A stretch of 63,847 nt of DNA, counting the filler, from Reticulomyxa filosa (taxonomy: Eukaryota; Protista; Foraminifera): assembly GCA_000512085.1 (NCBI GenBank). It is 17 parts of 17 records of this genome, joined end to end, with 100 filler letters (N's around TTAATTAATTAA, not from the genome) between each part and the next. Parts side by side here need not be neighbours in the genome. Positions count along the whole stretch, not along the records: positions 62,262 to 63,847 come from ASPP01006236.1; 16 more parts are not named here. One strand, given 5' to 3'. A model generated the notes under the pieces. The model was given only the letters and a program-made list of their open reading frames with translations. It was not told the DNA's origin and searched no databases. The position numbers and the translations under genes are program-made. Shown here piece by piece: positions 62,708 to 63,847 of this stretch. Numbering within the stretch: the first letter of the stretch is position 1; every line of letters starts with the position of its first letter.

Positions 62708-63847
62708 TTGCAAAATGCAATATTTGACAAGATTGATCCCTTTGCAATATACAAAAGTGTCTATGAATGAATAGAATGGACTTGTACAGTGCTGTAGCGA
62801 TTCTGAGAGCACTTGAGCGTGAGTCTGCAGGTAACCACTCGATTGCCGCAGTACGAATAATTGCACAAGTTGAAGAATTGGCACCACAAACTTGTTATTA
62901 CAGAACTGTGCATTGACTCCAAATAAGGGCATTCTTTCGCAAATGACAATTGGCCAGTCTTAAACACGTTTACATAAAACACGTCAATCACTGGAATATC
63001 TGAGCCAACAGTATATCACAAGCGTTGTGAGGAATAAATAGCATTTCCGAATAAATGTGGCAAACAAAAAGAAACATTTCTTTTTTAAAAAAAAAAATAA
63101 ATTAAAAACTGTGTGTACTCTTGATATTCCTCCAAAAATTCCAACAATCTTCATCATAAATGGGTGCATTGATTACGTTTATGACATATGGTGTAATGCC
63201 ATTTAGATTGGTGGCACTCTTTTTTTTTTTTTTTTTTATTGCAAATATGGAGGGAGATCAACAACAAAACAAACTGCTCGTTTGGTATGTAAATAATCCA
63301 TCCAAATCTCAAAACATGGATGAAATTTGGCACAATGGTGTCTTATGTCTGCGATCCAACAAACGTGATCCTTTTGGTGTATTGAGTCGGACGCTTCATA
63401 TCGTTTTCTTTCTTTTTATACTTTTGTTTTTTTTCTCTCTCTCTCTGTCTTCAAAGTGGTTGGAATGCAACAAACAAAAGAAAAACTGGTAATTGTTTTA
63501 AAAAATCTGGAGCTAGTTGATAGCGTCGCCGTTGTGAGTGAGAATTGGCATTACAAATTGATTGGACATGACGGGTGTGTGCTACTCTCGTTCGGGTATT
63601 AGGACATACGGGGAGGTGAACACTTCCATAATTTTTTTATAAATATCCGAATAGTACAATGCTCGAACGGTTTGTCCATTTTCAATCCAATCGCGGAGCA
63701 AGATGTTCAATACACAGTCGGACGTATTCTTTTTTTTTTTGCATACATGTGCATATATAATCGGTCGCAATTTCAAATGTGTGCACAATGAATAATAATC
63801 TTCTTTTTTTTTTTTTTTATTGTTGCGCAAATAAACGTACCCACATT
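62262..63847 (-). CDS. Hypothetical multi-exon protein fragment, function unknown (may be disrupted)
   Basis: Coding-like GC-richer blocks (62290-62660, 62720-63050, 63240-63400, 63500-63730) are separated by A/T-run intron-like stretches. No family recognised. Confidence 0.35.
62668..62704. repeat. (GT)n microsatellite
   Basis: Uninterrupted tgtgtgtg... run, probably intronic. Confidence 0.95.

Noticed and set aside
1-63847. Prokaryotic defence system, CRISPR array, rRNA or operon structure
   Set aside because: The sequence is intron-containing eukaryotic DNA; no repeat-spacer arrays, rRNA-like segments or operons were seen.

Overview
AT-rich eukaryotic (protist) genomic DNA, not a prokaryotic locus. 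The window is an artificial concatenation of 17 short contigs joined by 16 identical 100-bp spacers (44 N + TTAATTAATTAA + 44 N), so gene neighbourhood is only meaningful within a contig. Short AT-rich GT-AG introns, poly-Asn tracts and the expanded WD40, Kelch, TRAF-Zn and NACHT-associated families suggest the foraminiferan Reticulomyxa filosa or a relative (inference from recalled family signatures, not a database result). Recognisable genes include eIF3i-like, alpha-SNAP, polo-like kinase, cytochrome b5, a PHD-finger protein, a class III nucleotidyl cyclase, an MFS transporter, a HECT E3, an ARMT1/DUF89 phosphatase, a CDKL5-like kinase and several pseudogenes. The main item is a ~17-kb RNF213/mysterin-like gene (25480-42374). 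It has the RNF213 AAA+ motifs and an intact RZ finger but no visible RING, and its N-terminus appears to carry a SAM-like domain plus cold-shock/OB-fold-like domains, making it a candidate nucleic-acid-sensing giant E3 ligase. Also notable are a 66-nt tRNA-like element whose anticodon arm is replaced by a GNRA hairpin (3575-3640) and a TA-flanked Tc1/mariner-type MITE family seen at four loci. Many single-base frameshifts fall in homopolymers and are probably sequencing errors.
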